Below, one piece after another: positions 9,740 through 20,797 of a stretch of 64,000 nt of DNA. Below the pieces are notes generated by a model. That model was not told where the DNA came from and made no database searches. It worked only from the letters and a program-made list of their open reading frames with translations. The position numbers and the translations under genes are program-made. The stretch is from positions 9,276 through 73,275 of the forward strand of contig WRFN01000004.1 in the NCBI GenBank assembly GCA_009778785.1, in the 5' to 3' direction. The first letter of the stretch is position 1. Every line of letters begins with the position of its first letter. The stretch comes from Betaproteobacteria bacterium. Lineage in GTDB: Bacteria > Pseudomonadota > Gammaproteobacteria > Burkholderiales > Casimicrobiaceae.

Positions 9740-10861
9740 TCATTCAATGAGCTTGCCCAACCGTTCCCGCAAGAAGCGGTGAAAATGCGCCATCCCGCTT
9801 TCGGTCGGATGTTGGTACGGCCCGACTTCGTTGCGCCCTGCCTTTTTCAGCGCTTCGCGTCCCTTCTCCATCCGCTCGATGATTTCCTGATCTTCGATCG
9901 CCGTTTCGGAATAGGCTTTTTGGCTGATTTCGGCGAAATCGGGAATGGCCTCGATTGCCGCCTGCGGATGGTAAAACTCGACGATGTTGCGATAACGCCG
10001 CACGCCCGCCGGCCAGACGGTCGAAACAACCAGCATTTGCGGATAACACTCGACCATGATGTTGGGGAAGTAGGTGAACCAGACGGCGCCGTAGCGCGGC
10101 GTGCCGCCTTGCAAAAGCGTCTTCACTGCGCGGGCGTACGCCTCATACGTCGGTGAGCCGTATTTCTCCAACTCGCGAAACGTGCCGATCAGTTGCGCCG
10201 AGCACCATTCGCCGAAACGCCATTCGAGCGCGTCGCAATCCACGAAGCGCCCGAGTCCCGGATGAAACGGCCGCACATGATAATCTTCAAGATAAACTTC
10301 GATAAACGTTTTCCAATTGCCTTCGTATTCATCGACGTGTGTGCTGTGATAACGGTAACCGGTGAAATCGATGTGCGACTCCATCGCCAGCGAGCGCAAG
10401 TCCTCGGCAATCTGGCGACCGTTGTTTTCAAACAGCAAACCTTGCCAATCGACAACCGGCGTTTCCGGCAAGTGCAGACACGGCTTTTCGTCGAAATGCG
10501 GCGCGCCCTTGAGGTGGCCTTGCGAATCGTAGTTCCATTGATGCAGCGGACACAAGGTGCTGCGCGCGTTGCCGCGCCCTTTGAGCATGAGGGCCTGGCG
10601 GTGCCGACAAACATTGGAAAACACTTGCACGCCGTTTTCGTTGCGCTTCAGATAATCGGCGCCCAGCGTCGGTTCGAGCACATGGTAATCGTGCAGATTC
10701 GGCGCCATCAACTCATGCCCCAGATAACGCGGGCCTTCGGCAAAGAGTTGTTTCAGTTCCGCTTCGTACAAAGCTTCGTCGAAATACGACGAGATCGGAA
10801 GTTGCGACGTTTCCTCTTGCGAAGACATCACCGCGACCGGTTTCAACAAACTTTCAGGCAT
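9740..10861 (-). CDS. Rieske [2Fe-2S] oxygenase alpha-subunit-like protein
   Basis: Rieske motif CRHRQ-x17-CPLHQW plus a C-terminal catalytic-domain-sized region. I prefer the ATG at 10861 (GGGA RBS) over the TTG at 10882 used by the track. Confidence 0.8.
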   Translation of the reverse strand: MPESLLKPVAVMSSQEETSQLPISSYFDEALYEAELKQLFAEGPRYLGHELMAPNLHDYHVLEPTLGADYLKRNENGVQVFSNVCRHRQALMLKGRGNARSTLCPLHQWNYDSQGHLKGAPHFDEKPCLHLPETPVVDWQGLLFENNGRQIAEDLRSLAMESHIDFTGYRYHSTHVDEYEGNWKTFIEVYLEDYHVRPFHPGLGRFVDCDALEWRFGEWCSAQLIGTFRELEKYGSPTYEAYARAVKTLLQGGTPRYGAVWFTYFPNIMVECYPQMLVVSTVWPAGVRRYRNIVEFYHPQAAIEAIPDFAEISQKAYSETAIEDQEIIERMEKGREALKKAGRNEVGPYQHPTESGMAHFHRFLRERLGKLIE

Positions 10862-11138
10862 CTTAATCCCTTGATAAAACAAGACAGAACAAGATGTCTT
10901 GCCACTTATGCGTTATCGGCAACGAATCACCGATGAAAATCGCGATGGGTGGGCAAGCCATCAACAGCTAATGGGTAATTGTCCCCCACCCCTTCCGGCA
11001 AAGCAAGGGGCGGATCAGAAAGGTTTTGATTTTCCCTTCCTGCCCTTCGGACACCCTTTTCCACAAGTGGGAGAAGAGCACAAGTATCCCTCGCAAGGGT
11101 AAAACTTTCCATCTTTTAAACAACCGGAATGAAATGCC

Positions 11139-14100
11139 TTAACGTTTCTTCTCCAGCGCCGCCCACGCCTTCTCGACGCGCTGGAATGAAACCGGCATCG
11201 GTGTTTTCAATTCCTGCGCAAACAACGACACGCGCAGTTCTTCCAGAAGCCAACGGTACGCTTCGAGTTGTGAATCGTGGACGCGCTCTTTCTTGTCGCG
11301 CGCCAGCCGTTCCTGATATTGTTGCCAGTAAGCGAGCAGTTGCGCGCCGTGTTTCTGGTCCCGCGCCACGCGCTCCGGGTACTTGGCGAGGCGGCGATCC
11401 ATCGCTTTGAGATAACGCGGCAAATGCGTCAACTGTGACCATGGCGTCGCCGAAAAAAAGCCGGGATACAGCAGCGCATCGCGTTGCGCTTTCAGCTCCT
11501 GAACCAGCCGCGAGAGAGCGCCAGAAGCGCTGTTCATTCGTCCTGTCAGTTGTTGATGCTCGGTAGCGATTTCCGCCAGCAAACGAAAAGCGCTTTCCGC
11601 CACGGCAGCGAAACGAGTGCGAGCGCGTTTGACTTGTTCGTTAAACGCTTTTTCGTTGCGCGGCAACGCATCATCGCCGATGAACGCGCGATCACAAACC
11701 GCATCGAGAGTGTCGATCAACAAACGATCGGTGGGAATCAGCGGTTTCAATTGCAGCGCCGGTTGTTGAAATCCGGGCGGTTGTTTTTCCCAGCGCGTCA
11801 ACAAATCCTTGAGTGCCAGCCGAATCAAGCGCACGATGCCGCCGCGCGTGTCTTGCAACGCTGCCTCTTGCGTATCGCGCAACAACAGCGCAACCGAATC
11901 GCCTTCATCAATCAACGCCGGATACGCCGTCAACTTTTGCCCTTGATTCGTGAAAGCCAAAGCCTCCGGCAACTCGCCGAAATCCCAGTGCGTCAAACCG
12001 TGTTTTTCGAGTGACGGGCCGTTCGCTTCACTCACGCCGGCGCGCAAGCTGACTTGCGCCATCTCTTTGAGTTCCTGCCGCAACCGCAGCAAATCGCGGG
12101 ACTGCGCCAGCAACGTGCCGTCGGCGTCGATTACTTCATATAAAACGCGAAGATGCGGCGGCAAATCTTCATCTTTCCAGCCGCTCGTGTCTAACGCGCC
12201 GCCATAGGTTTTTTCATACCACGTACTCAACGCCGCCGATAACGATTGCTCGCCGAACGGCATCGCTTCCAGAAACGCGGTGACAGCTTCCGGCAAGGGC
12301 ACCAGGCGATTGCGCTGCGCTTTCGGCAACGCTTTGAAGTACCAGGTGATCTTGTCGCGCACCATGCCGGGAACCAGCCACGACATTCGCGCCGCGTCGA
12401 TTTGATTGAGCAAAGTCAGCGGCATCGTCAACGTCAAACCGTCGAGCGGATGCTCCGGCTCAAAACGGTATTTGAGTGGCAGCGCGTTGCCTTGCACTTC
12501 AAAAGTTTCGGGAAACAAATCTTCCGTCACCCAACGCGCCGCGTGTCGCATCAAAAGTTCACGCGTCAGAAACAGGCGTTGCGGTTCGCGCCGTTCACTT
12601 TCTTCGCGCCAACGCTCGAAACCCGCCAGCGAATTCACTTCGCCCGGAACGCGCTCAAAGTAAAACGCCGCCATCGTTTCATCGTCAACCAGAACATCCT
12701 GGCGCCGCGCCTTGTGTTCCAGTTCGGCCACGTCTTCGATGAGTTGCCGATTGTGCGCCAGAAACGCGCCTTTTGTTCGCAAGTTGCCTGGCACCAACGC
12801 TTCGCGCACAAAAACTTCGTGCGCTGCTTTTGGATCGACGCGAGAAAACGAAACCGGTCGCCGCGCCACCAGCGTCAAGCCGTACAACTGCACACGCTCA
12901 AATCCCGTCACTTCGCCGCGCTTTTCGTCCCAGCTTGGGCTGAAATAATCACGATTGACGCGATCCCCCGCGACCGCCTCGATCCACTCCGGTTCGATTT
13001 TGGCGACACAGCGCGCATACAGGCGCGACGTTTCGGTCAGCTCCGCCGCCAGCAACCAGCGGCCGCCTTTTTTCACGCCGCTGCCGGGATGCACAAAGAA
13101 GCGCACGCCGCGCGCGCCCAGATAGTCGTCACTCTCATCGCTTTTCGTGCCGATGTTCGAGAGCAAACCGGTCAACAATGCTTCGTGCAACGCGCGATAG
13201 CGTTCCGGCGTGCACATTTTCGGCAGCGTTTCATCCCATTGCCACTTGGCTTCCTTCAAGGTGTTGACCAGTTGTTGGTGCACGTCGCGCCATTCGCGCA
13301 ACCGCAAGTGATTGACGAACTGTGCGCGGCAACGCTCTACCGTTTTGCGGTGCGACAGTTTTTCTTCGCTCAGGCCGACGAAAAATTCCCAGAGCGTCAC
13401 CAGCGACAAAAAATCGGAACGCTCGTCGCGGAAACGCAAATGCGCCTGATCGGCGGCTTGCTGTTTGTCGAGCGGGCGTTCGCGCGCATCCGGCGCCGAC
13501 AGCGCGCTGGCGATCACCAACGCTTCGGGAAGACAATTTTTTTCACGCGCCGCCAACACGATGCGGCCGATTCTCGGATCGAGCGGTAAACGCGCCAGTT
13601 CATGGCCGGTCGGCGTCAAGCTGCCGTCAACCTCCACCGCGCCCAACTCACGCAATAACTGATAGCCGTCGGCAATCGCGCGCGAACCGGGTGCATCGAC
13701 GAACGGAAAAGATTCGGCCTGCCCCAGTTTCAACGCTACCATTTGCAGAATCACCGAAGCCAGCGACGAGCGCAGAATTTCGGGATCGGTGTATTCGGGG
13801 CGCGCTTGAAAATCTTCTTCACTGTACAAGCGAACGCAGATACCCGCTTCGATGCGACCGCAGCGCCCGGCGCGCTGATTGGCCGCCGCCTGCGAAATTT
13901 TTTCGATGCGCAACAGCGTGGTTTTGTTTCGCAAGCTGTAACGCTTGACTCGCGCCAATCCGGCGTCGATCACATAACGAATGCCCGGCACCGTCAACGA
14001 AGTTTCCGCGACGTTGGTGGACAACACGATGCGGCGTCCCTCGCTCTTGCTGAAAATGCGTTGCTGATCGCTGACCGACAGCCGTGCGTAAAGCGGTAAC

Positions 14101-15071
14101 AACTCCATCCGACTTGCGTAGGGCCGTTGTTGCAGCGCGCGGCGCAACACGTCTGCCGTTTCCCGAATCTCGCGCTCGCCCGGCAGAAACACCAGAATGT
14201 CGCCGGAACCACCACGCCACAATTCTTCAACCGTGTCGGAAATCGCGTCTTCCATTCCTTCTTCGTCGTCGGCGTTTTCGCCGATATCGCTTTCTCTTCC
14301 CAACGGGCGATAGCGAATATCCACCGGATAGGTGCGCCCCGACACTTCGACGATCGGCGCCGGTGAAGTTTCTGTTCCGAAGTGACGGGCGAAACGGTCG
14401 GCGTTGAGCGTCGCCGACGTGATGATCAGTTTCAAATCAGGCCGCTTGACGAGCAGTTGTTTCAGGTAACCGAGCAGAAAGTCGATGTTGAGACTGCGTT
14501 CGTGCGCTTCGTCAACAATGATCGTATCGTAGTGCGACAACCACGGATCGTGCTGTGCTTCCGCCAGCAAGATGCCGTCGGTCATCAGCTTGATGTACGC
14601 TTCGGGGCGGGTGTTGTCGGTGAAGCGCACTTTGAAACCGACCGCCTCGCCCAGCGGCGTATTCAGCTCTTCGGCAATCCGCGTGGCAACGGCGCGCGCC
14701 GCCATGCGTCGCGGCTGCGTATGTCCAATCAAGCCCGCTTCGCCGCATCCCGCCGCCAGACAAATTTTCGGCAACTGCGTGGTTTTGCCCGAGCCGGTTT
14801 CGCCGCAAACGATCACCACTTGATGCGCCCGAATCAACGCTTCGATTTCTTCGGCGCGCTGTGAAACCGGCAACGCCTCCGGATAATGAAAGGCTGGCTT
14901 TTGACGCGCGCGCGCTTCGCGTTTTGCCGCCGATTGCGTTATTTCGTTTTGCAGTTTTTGCAATTCGGCGGGGCTGTCCCGGTGAATCCGACGCAAGCGC
15001 GCCTCGAACCGATAACGGTCACGGCTCAAAACTTGGGAAAGCAGTTGATGAATCGGAACGGAGGGGGTCAT
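11139..15071 (-). CDS. hrpA: ATP-dependent RNA helicase HrpA (DEAH box)
   Basis: GETGSGKTTQ Walker A, DEAHERS motif, about 1300 aa. I moved the start to the ATG at 15071 (MTPSVPIHQLL...), because the track start at 15131 would read through the pntB terminator hairpin. Confidence 0.92.
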   Translation of the reverse strand: MTPSVPIHQLLSQVLSRDRYRFEARLRRIHRDSPAELQKLQNEITQSAAKREARARQKPAFHYPEALPVSQRAEEIEALIRAHQVVIVCGETGSGKTTQLPKICLAAGCGEAGLIGHTQPRRMAARAVATRIAEELNTPLGEAVGFKVRFTDNTRPEAYIKLMTDGILLAEAQHDPWLSHYDTIIVDEAHERSLNIDFLLGYLKQLLVKRPDLKLIITSATLNADRFARHFGTETSPAPIVEVSGRTYPVDIRYRPLGRESDIGENADDEEGMEDAISDTVEELWRGGSGDILVFLPGEREIRETADVLRRALQQRPYASRMELLPLYARLSVSDQQRIFSKSEGRRIVLSTNVAETSLTVPGIRYVIDAGLARVKRYSLRNKTTLLRIEKISQAAANQRAGRCGRIEAGICVRLYSEEDFQARPEYTDPEILRSSLASVILQMVALKLGQAESFPFVDAPGSRAIADGYQLLRELGAVEVDGSLTPTGHELARLPLDPRIGRIVLAAREKNCLPEALVIASALSAPDARERPLDKQQAADQAHLRFRDERSDFLSLVTLWEFFVGLSEEKLSHRKTVERCRAQFVNHLRLREWRDVHQQLVNTLKEAKWQWDETLPKMCTPERYRALHEALLTGLLSNIGTKSDESDDYLGARGVRFFVHPGSGVKKGGRWLLAAELTETSRLYARCVAKIEPEWIEAVAGDRVNRDYFSPSWDEKRGEVTGFERVQLYGLTLVARRPVSFSRVDPKAAHEVFVREALVPGNLRTKGAFLAHNRQLIEDVAELEHKARRQDVLVDDETMAAFYFERVPGEVNSLAGFERWREESERREPQRLFLTRELLMRHAARWVTEDLFPETFEVQGNALPLKYRFEPEHPLDGLTLTMPLTLLNQIDAARMSWLVPGMVRDKITWYFKALPKAQRNRLVPLPEAVTAFLEAMPFGEQSLSAALSTWYEKTYGGALDTSGWKDEDLPPHLRVLYEVIDADGTLLAQSRDLLRLRQELKEMAQVSLRAGVSEANGPSLEKHGLTHWDFGELPEALAFTNQGQKLTAYPALIDEGDSVALLLRDTQEAALQDTRGGIVRLIRLALKDLLTRWEKQPPGFQQPALQLKPLIPTDRLLIDTLDAVCDRAFIGDDALPRNEKAFNEQVKRARTRFAAVAESAFRLLAEIATEHQQLTGRMNSASGALSRLVQELKAQRDALLYPGFFSATPWSQLTHLPRYLKAMDRRLAKYPERVARDQKHGAQLLAYWQQYQERLARDKKERVHDSQLEAYRWLLEELRVSLFAQELKTPMPVSFQRVEKAWAALEKKR

Positions 15072-15083
15072 TTCTTCAATTCT

Positions 15084-15114
15084 AAAACAAACGGCGCCTT
15101 TGCAGGCGCCGTTT
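15084..15114 (-). terminator. rho-independent terminator after pntB
   Basis: AAACGGCGCC (15089-15098) / GGCGCCGTTT (15105-15114) is a perfect 10-bp stem with a 6-nt loop. On the minus strand TTTGTTTT follows it. Confidence 0.75.
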
Positions 15115-15134
15115 GCAAAGCAACACTGCAACGG

Positions 15135-16541
15135 TTATTCAATCGCTTTCACGATGTCTTCAACCACTTTCTTCGCGTCGCCGAACACCATCATCGTCTT
15201 GTCCAGATAGAACAGCGGATTGTCAACGCCGGCATAGCCGGAAGCCATCGAGCGCTTGTTGACGATCACGGTGCGCGCCTTGTGCGCTTCGAGAATCGGC
15301 ATGCCGTAGATCGGGCTGCCTTTTTCTTCCGCCAGCGGATTGACCACATCGTTGGCGCCGAGGATCAACGCCACATCGGAAGTGCTGAATTCGTTGTTGA
15401 TGTCCTCCATCTCAAAAACCTGATCGTAGGGCACTTCGGCTTCAGCCAGCAACACGTTCATGTGCCCCGGCATTCTACCGGCCACCGGGTGAATCGCGTA
15501 GCGCACCAACACGCCCTTCTCGCGCAACTTGTCGGCCATTTCCTTCACGGCATGTTGCGCCCGCGCGACTGCCAAGCCGTAGCCCGGCACGATGATCACG
15601 CTCTCGGCGTTGCCCATGATGAACGCGGCGTCGTCAGCACTGCCCGACTTGACGTGCTTCTGTCCACCGCCCGTCACTTGCGTGCCTTCTTCGGCGCCAA
15701 AGCCGCCGAGGATCACGCTAATGAAACCGCGGTTCATCGCCTTGCACATGATGTACGACAGAATCGCACCGCTCGAACCGACCAGCGAGCCGGAGATAAT
15801 CAGCATCGGGTTGTCCAGCGAGAAGCCGATGCCTGCTGCCGCCCAACCGGAGTAGCTGTTCAACATCGAGATCACGACGGGCATGTCGGCGCCGCCGATC
15901 GGGATGATGATGAGAACGCCAAGCAAGAAGGCGATGGCCAGCATCACGATGAACGGCAACCAGCCGCCGCCCAGGAAGAACCAAGCGCCGAAACCCACCA
16001 TTGCAACCGCCAACAGCAGATTGACCCAATGTTGGCCGGGGTACACCACCGGCGCGCTTCGGATTTTGCCGGAGAGTTTGCCGAAAGCGATGACCGAACC
16101 GGAGAACGTGATTGCGCCGATGAAAGCGCCGATGAAGAGTTCGAGACGGTTGCCGGTCGGCAGTGGTACCGGCAAGCCCAACGCTGCCGGATTGTTGACC
16201 GTCGTCACCGCGATCAGAACCGCCGCGAGGCCGACCAGCGAGTGCATCGCCGCGACCATTTCCGGCATTTGCGTCATCTGAACCCAGCGCGCGATGAAGG
16301 AACCGATCAAACCGCCGACGATAATACCGGCGATGATGCCGACGACGTTGGTGGTGGCGCTGTTATGAGAGAGTACGGTATAGGCTACGATAAACGTGAC
16401 GATGACTGCAATCGCCATCCCGATGATGCCGAGAACGTTACCGCGCCGCGCCGTGGACGGGTGCGACAAGCCTTTCAGCGCCAGGATGAAACACACCGAG
16501 GCAATGAGATAGCACAGAGCGACAAGATTGATGCTCATCAT
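15135..16541 (-). CDS. pntB: NAD(P) transhydrogenase beta subunit
   Basis: 468 aa with a polytopic N-terminal half and a C-terminal NADP(H)-binding domain ([27 protein letters not shown]). The ATGA start overlaps the upstream stop. Confidence 0.95.
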   Translation of the reverse strand: MMSINLVALCYLIASVCFILALKGLSHPSTARRGNVLGIIGMAIAVIVTFIVAYTVLSHNSATTNVVGIIAGIIVGGLIGSFIARWVQMTQMPEMVAAMHSLVGLAAVLIAVTTVNNPAALGLPVPLPTGNRLELFIGAFIGAITFSGSVIAFGKLSGKIRSAPVVYPGQHWVNLLLAVAMVGFGAWFFLGGGWLPFIVMLAIAFLLGVLIIIPIGGADMPVVISMLNSYSGWAAAGIGFSLDNPMLIISGSLVGSSGAILSYIMCKAMNRGFISVILGGFGAEEGTQVTGGGQKHVKSGSADDAAFIMGNAESVIIVPGYGLAVARAQHAVKEMADKLREKGVLVRYAIHPVAGRMPGHMNVLLAEAEVPYDQVFEMEDINNEFSTSDVALILGANDVVNPLAEEKGSPIYGMPILEAHKARTVIVNKRSMASGYAGVDNPLFYLDKTMMVFGDAKKVVEDIVKAIE

Positions 16542-16870
16542 GCCTCCTTCGCGTTTTGAGCCGCTTCAGCTTTCTTCGGCTCTTTCTTTTTGAACATTTC
16601 AAGCATCCGGCGCGTGACCAAAAAGCCGCCGAACACGTTGACCGACGCCAGCGCCACCGCCAACACGCCTACCCAGCCGCCCCAATCGAACACTTTGGGC
16701 GCAGCGGCCAGCATCGCGCCGACCAGAATGATGCCGGAAATGGCGTTGGTGACCGACATCAGCGGCGTATGCAGCGCCGGTGTAACGTTCCACACCACAT
16801 GGTAGCCGACGAAGATCGCCAGCACGAACACAAAAAGATTGACAACAACTGGATCCACCCCAGCAAACAT
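16538..16870 (-). CDS. pntAB: NAD(P) transhydrogenase alpha subunit part 2 (membrane)
   Basis: ATG at 16870 gives [54 protein letters not shown], typical of the small membrane PntAB of three-gene pnt operons. Confidence 0.9.
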   Translation of the reverse strand: MFAGVDPVVVNLFVFVLAIFVGYHVVWNVTPALHTPLMSVTNAISGIILVGAMLAAAPKVFDWGGWVGVLAVALASVNVFGGFLVTRRMLEMFKKKEPKKAEAAQNAKEA

Positions 16871-16883
16871 GGCTCTCTCCTTA

Positions 16884-18053
16884 TTACGATTTAGCAACTG
16901 CCGGGGCTGCGGGGGCAGCCGGAGCGGCAGGCTTGGCAACCGGCGCTGCGCCGTCTTTGCACAGCAGCGTTGCCTGAATGATTTCGTCGTCTTCCGGCAT
17001 GGCGAAAACGCCGCTCTTGGCGTCGATCATCAGACTGAGGAAGGTATGCACATTGCGAGCGTACAGCGCGCTGGCGTCGGCAGGAACCGTCGCCGCCAGA
17101 TTCACGCAGCCGACGATTTTCACGCCGCCGACGTTCGCCGTTTTCCCGGCTTCACAACCTTCGACATTGCCGCCCTGCTCTGCCGCCAGATCGATGATGA
17201 CTGCGCCCGGCTTCATCGCCGCCACCGTCGCCGCTTTGATCAGCTTCGGCGCAGGACGCCCCGGAATCAACGCGGTGGTAATCAAGATATCCATTTGCAA
17301 CGCGCGTTCGTGCACGATCCCGGCCTGCCGCGCCATCCACTCCGGCGGCATCGGCCGCGCGTAGCCGCCGACGCCTTCGGCGATCTGGCGCTCTTCGTCG
17401 TTCGCGTAGGGCACATCCACCCACTTGGCGCCAAGTGATTCGACTTGATCCTTGACCGAAGGCCGCACGTCGGACGCTTCGACCACCGCGCCAAGACGCT
17501 TGGCCGTGGCGATGGCTTGCAAGCCAGCGACGCCGACGCCCAGAACCAGCACCCGCGCCGCTTTCACCGTTCCCGCCGCCGTCATCAGCATCGGCATGAA
17601 ACGGCCGTATTCGTTCGCCGCCAGAATCACCGCTTTGTATCCGGCGATGTTGGCTTGCGACGAAAGCACGTCCATCGATTGCGCCCGTGTGATGCGCGGC
17701 AATTTTTCCAGCGCAAAGGCGGTAATGCCTGCTTTCGTATAACTCTCGACTGCGACGGTATCGAACGGGTTGAGTAACCCTATCAACAACGCGCCTTTTT
17801 TGATTTTCGCCAACTCGCCGGCGTCCGGCCCGCGCACTTTCAGCACGATATCGGCGGCAAGCGCTTCGTCTGCCGAGCCTAACTTGGCGCCAACGGCCTC
17901 GTAAGCCGCGTCAGGAAAACAACTGGCGACGCCCGCGCCGCGCTCGACGATGAGCGTATGGGAACCGCTCGCCAACAGCTTCTTCACGGTTTCCGGCGTT
18001 GCTGCCACCCGGGTCTCACCGGCGTGACGTTCTTGGGGAATGCCGATCAACAT
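16884..18053 (-). CDS. pntAA: NAD(P) transhydrogenase alpha subunit part 1 (dI, NAD(H)-binding)
   Basis: 389 aa, alanine-dehydrogenase/PNT-type fold ([17 protein letters not shown]..., [22 protein letters not shown]). It ends in an Ala/Pro-rich tail. Confidence 0.95.
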   Translation of the reverse strand: MLIGIPQERHAGETRVAATPETVKKLLASGSHTLIVERGAGVASCFPDAAYEAVGAKLGSADEALAADIVLKVRGPDAGELAKIKKGALLIGLLNPFDTVAVESYTKAGITAFALEKLPRITRAQSMDVLSSQANIAGYKAVILAANEYGRFMPMLMTAAGTVKAARVLVLGVGVAGLQAIATAKRLGAVVEASDVRPSVKDQVESLGAKWVDVPYANDEERQIAEGVGGYARPMPPEWMARQAGIVHERALQMDILITTALIPGRPAPKLIKAATVAAMKPGAVIIDLAAEQGGNVEGCEAGKTANVGGVKIVGCVNLAATVPADASALYARNVHTFLSLMIDAKSGVFAMPEDDEIIQATLLCKDGAAPVAKPAAPAAPAAPAVAKS

Positions 18054-18175
18054 AGTCTTACCCTCACAATAACCTCTCCTGAATCAAGTAAAACGAACTG
18101 CGGAATTTCACGGAACAAAACTTTCGAGATTATAAGATAAACTTCACGGAATTGCCGTATTTCCTGAAGTATTCG

Positions 18176-18628
18176 ATGAATGGGGTTATTGTGCCTTTCT
18201 TTCAGATCCAGATTGTTTTGATGATCGCTGTCGTCGCGCCGTGGCTGGGGCTGCCCTCGGCGTGGACCGGCGCCCGCGCCATCGTCGCCTACGGGCTGTT
18301 AGCTGCCGCCGCTTTGTTGTTTCTCTGGGTGGTGCGCCACAACCCGCTCGACAATTTCAGCGGCCGTCCAGAGCCGCCGCCCGGCAACCGGCTCATCACC
18401 ACCGGCCCCTATCGCTTCATTCGCCATCCAATGTATCTGGCGCTGCTGCTGGCGCTGGCAGGCATCACCCTGCTGTACGGCGAACCGTGGCGCTGGCTGA
18501 TTCTGGCCGTTCTGGCGACAGTGCTGCACTTCAAAGCGCGGCTTGAAGAGCGCCTGCTTTGCGAGCGCTTCCCCGAATACCGCCAATATCAGGCGCATAC
18601 AAAGAGCATTCTGCCGTTCGTGTTGTGA
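18176..18628 (+). CDS. isoprenylcysteine carboxyl methyltransferase (ICMT)/phospholipid methyltransferase-family membrane protein
   Basis: Four or five TM segments and the motif GPYRFIRHPMYLALLL...E-x-RL. The ATG at 18176 is preferred over the TTG at 18152. Confidence 0.7.
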   Translation: MNGVIVPFFQIQIVLMIAVVAPWLGLPSAWTGARAIVAYGLLAAAALLFLWVVRHNPLDNFSGRPEPPPGNRLITTGPYRFIRHPMYLALLLALAGITLLYGEPWRWLILAVLATVLHFKARLEERLLCERFPEYRQYQAHTKSILPFVL

Positions 18629-18762
18629 TTCCGCCTCAACCATGACTTCAAGAAAGCTTTTTAATCACTTGTTTTTGCAAAAGAAAAAAGTAAGTGAAAA
18701 ACCCCTTTTTGAACGGGGCAGTCTTGCGTTATGATTTGACTTTACGTTTTCAAAGACACTCA

Positions 18763-19740
18763 ATGAAACAAACGTACCTCGATTTCGAGCAACCCATCGC
18801 CGAGTTACAGGCCAAGATCGACGAGCTGCGCTGTGTCGATGAGAGTCCTTCCGTCAACATCTCCGAAGAGATCGAGCGGCTCCAGCAAAAGAGCAACCAA
18901 CTCGTCGAAGATATTTACGGCAAACTCAACGCTTGGCAAATCACTCAGGTGGCGCGCCATCCGCAGCGCCCCTACTCGCTGGACTACATCAATGCGCTGT
19001 TCACTGATTTCCGCGAACTGCACGGCGACCGCACCTACGCCGACGATACCGCCATCGTCGGCGGCTTTGCGCGCTTCAACGACAAGCCTTGCATCGTGAT
19101 CGGCCACCAGAAAGGGCGCGACACCAAAGAAAAAATCTTCCGCAACTTCGGCATGCCGCGCCCCGAAGGCTACCGCAAAGCGCTGCGCCTGATGAAACTC
19201 GCGGAAAAATTCGAGTTGCCGTTGTTCACCTTCATCGACACGCCCGGCGCCTATCCCGGCATCGGCGCCGAAGAGCGCGGCCAGTCGGAAGCCATCGGTC
19301 GCAACCTCTACGAAATGTCCGTGCTGAAAATCCCGGTGTTGGTCACCGTAATCGGCGAAGGCGGCTCCGGCGGCGCGCTGGCGATGTCGGTCGGCGATTT
19401 GATGTACATGCTGCAATACTCGATTTACTCGGTCATCTCGCCGGAAGGTTGCGCGTCCATCCTGTGGAAATCCGCTTCCTACGCGCCGGACGCCGCCGAA
19501 ACCCTCGGCATCACCGCGCCGCGTCTGAAACAACTGGGGCTGATCGACGAGATCATCCCCGAACCGCTCGGCGGCGCCCACCGCGACCACGCGAAAACGA
19601 TGGCCAACCTCAAAACCACGTTGGCCGAAGGACTCAAAAAGCTCAACAGCCTGTCGGAAGCCAAGCGACTGGCGATGCGGCAGGAAAAAATTATGGGCTT
19701 CGGAAAATTCAAAGAAGGAAAAGAGGAAGTTGCGCCTTAA
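18763..19740 (+). CDS. accA: acetyl-CoA carboxylase carboxyltransferase alpha subunit
   Basis: ATG at 18763 gives [23 protein letters not shown]. The conserved [22 protein letters not shown] is present. Confidence 0.95.
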   Translation: MKQTYLDFEQPIAELQAKIDELRCVDESPSVNISEEIERLQQKSNQLVEDIYGKLNAWQITQVARHPQRPYSLDYINALFTDFRELHGDRTYADDTAIVGGFARFNDKPCIVIGHQKGRDTKEKIFRNFGMPRPEGYRKALRLMKLAEKFELPLFTFIDTPGAYPGIGAEERGQSEAIGRNLYEMSVLKIPVLVTVIGEGGSGGALAMSVGDLMYMLQYSIYSVISPEGCASILWKSASYAPDAAETLGITAPRLKQLGLIDEIIPEPLGGAHRDHAKTMANLKTTLAEGLKKLNSLSEAKRLAMRQEKIMGFGKFKEGKEEVAP

Positions 19741-19776
19741 GGGGCGAGAGAGACTTGGAGAATGTGCTGATGGATT

Positions 19777-19803
19777 CCGTTCGCCCCGAGCTTGCCGAAG
19801 GGC
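19777..19803. repeat. REP-like element, family CCGTTC-N4-GAGCTTG-NN-GAAGGGC
   Basis: CCGTTCGCCCCGAGCTTGCCGAAGGGC is about 21/27 identical to 32447-32473. It is intergenic, lying between convergent accA and the OM barrel gene. Confidence 0.5.
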
Positions 19804-19864
19804 AAAAGTAGTTAACTCTGTACAGTTAAGCTACAATCCCGCAATCGGCTAGGAGAACTTCGTC

Positions 19865-20677
19865 TCAAAACCTCCAACTCACGCTGCCGATCGGAACCAT
19901 TGTCGTCGCGCGCGGGTTTTGATTGTCGGCCGAGACGAGAAAACCAAGCGCGAGATCAATATCTTTGTTCAGCGAATAGAGCAGCGCCAACTCGGCGTAT
20001 CGCAGATACGTCGTCACGCCATCGCTTCTGCGGGATTCCACGCCCATGTCCAGCGCCAGTTGCCATTTCTCCGTGAGATTCCAGATCGGCGCCACCGAAA
20101 AGCGCCCGTAAGTCTCATCATCGGCATGGCGAAAGCGGTCGCGTCCCACCGCCGCGTTGACCAAAACCGCGCCAAAGCCGAACTCCTGAGTCAAAAGCAT
20201 CATCACACTGCCGGAAGTTTTGCCGACGCCCAACCCTGCTTCTTCGCGTCCCGCACTCATCGGAAAAATGATTTCCGGTTTCAGCGCCAAACTCGTCTTG
20301 CTTTCCACGTTCTCATAGAAACGCCACTTTGCGCCAACCAGCGGGTTGCTGATCCCGCTATTATTTCCATCCTTGTTCGGATGAATCCGCGCATACGCCG
20401 CACCCACATACACATCCAGCGTGTCGGTCATACCGCGCGTGAAAACCAGCGGTGCACTCAACAGCCGCGTCGTTTCGCCGTCAAATCGCTCTTGGCTCTG
20501 GCTGACCGCAAACTCGATCTGATAACCGCCCGCCCCCTGCGTACCCGTATCGTCCGAAATCAACGGCTGCAAAGCGTTCGCGCCAAACGCGAGACTGCCC
20601 AATGATAAAAATGCCGCCAGCCGCAGACGAACCGACAAGTTCAGGAAGCGCTGGTAGATTCCGTTCCCCTCTCTCAT
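19865..20677 (-). CDS. outer-membrane beta-barrel protein (MetA-pathway/'transporter' family-like)
   Basis: Starting at the ATG at 20677 gives a signal peptide (...RLRLAAFLSLGSLAFGANA/LQ). The motif DDTGTQGAGGYQIEF, alternating beta-strand pattern and terminal ...SVSWRF (aromatic C-terminus) follow. Confidence 0.7.
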   Translation of the reverse strand: MREGNGIYQRFLNLSVRLRLAAFLSLGSLAFGANALQPLISDDTGTQGAGGYQIEFAVSQSQERFDGETTRLLSAPLVFTRGMTDTLDVYVGAAYARIHPNKDGNNSGISNPLVGAKWRFYENVESKTSLALKPEIIFPMSAGREEAGLGVGKTSGSVMMLLTQEFGFGAVLVNAAVGRDRFRHADDETYGRFSVAPIWNLTEKWQLALDMGVESRRSDGVTTYLRYAELALLYSLNKDIDLALGFLVSADNQNPRATTMVPIGSVSWRF

Positions 20678-20761
20678 TTGCAGAAGAAAGCGCCCCGAAG
20701 GGGCGGGAGAGGGCAAAATCAAAACCTCCTCATCAACAGCGAAAAACATCAACACACCCCC

Positions 20762-20797
20762 ATTCGTGCTACTTATTTTATAAATAGTAGCACGAAT
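20762..20797. promoter_or_regulatory. perfect 12-N12-12 palindrome (candidate operator)
   Basis: ATTCGTGCTACT (20762-20773) and AGTAGCACGAAT (20786-20797) are exact reverse complements separated by TATTTTATAAAT. The site is in the divergent region between the OM barrel gene and tilS. Confidence 0.45.

Noticed and set aside
9505-9747. 80-codon lipoprotein-like ORF (FFVALAALILSCLGC) in the 330-bp gap between the Rieske gene and ygaU.
   Set aside because: It depends on a TTG start embedded in the Rieske gene's last codons, its lipobox is poor, and it has no RBS. I cannot support it. The gap may simply hold the ygaU-radA promoter.
10883-11138. Small ORFs 10899-11102 (+) and 10927-11112 (-) between the Rieske gene and hrpA.
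   Set aside because: The region contains short hairpins (CCCCTT-N10-AAGGGG at 10989-11010, and a GTGGGAGAAGAG motif related to the 29-kb REPs). The peptides look like REP read-through and there is no RBS.
15072-15131. 20-codon upstream extension of hrpA.
   Set aside because: It would read through the perfect 10-bp-stem pntB terminator and abut the pntB stop. The ATG at 15071 gives a normal HrpA N-terminus.
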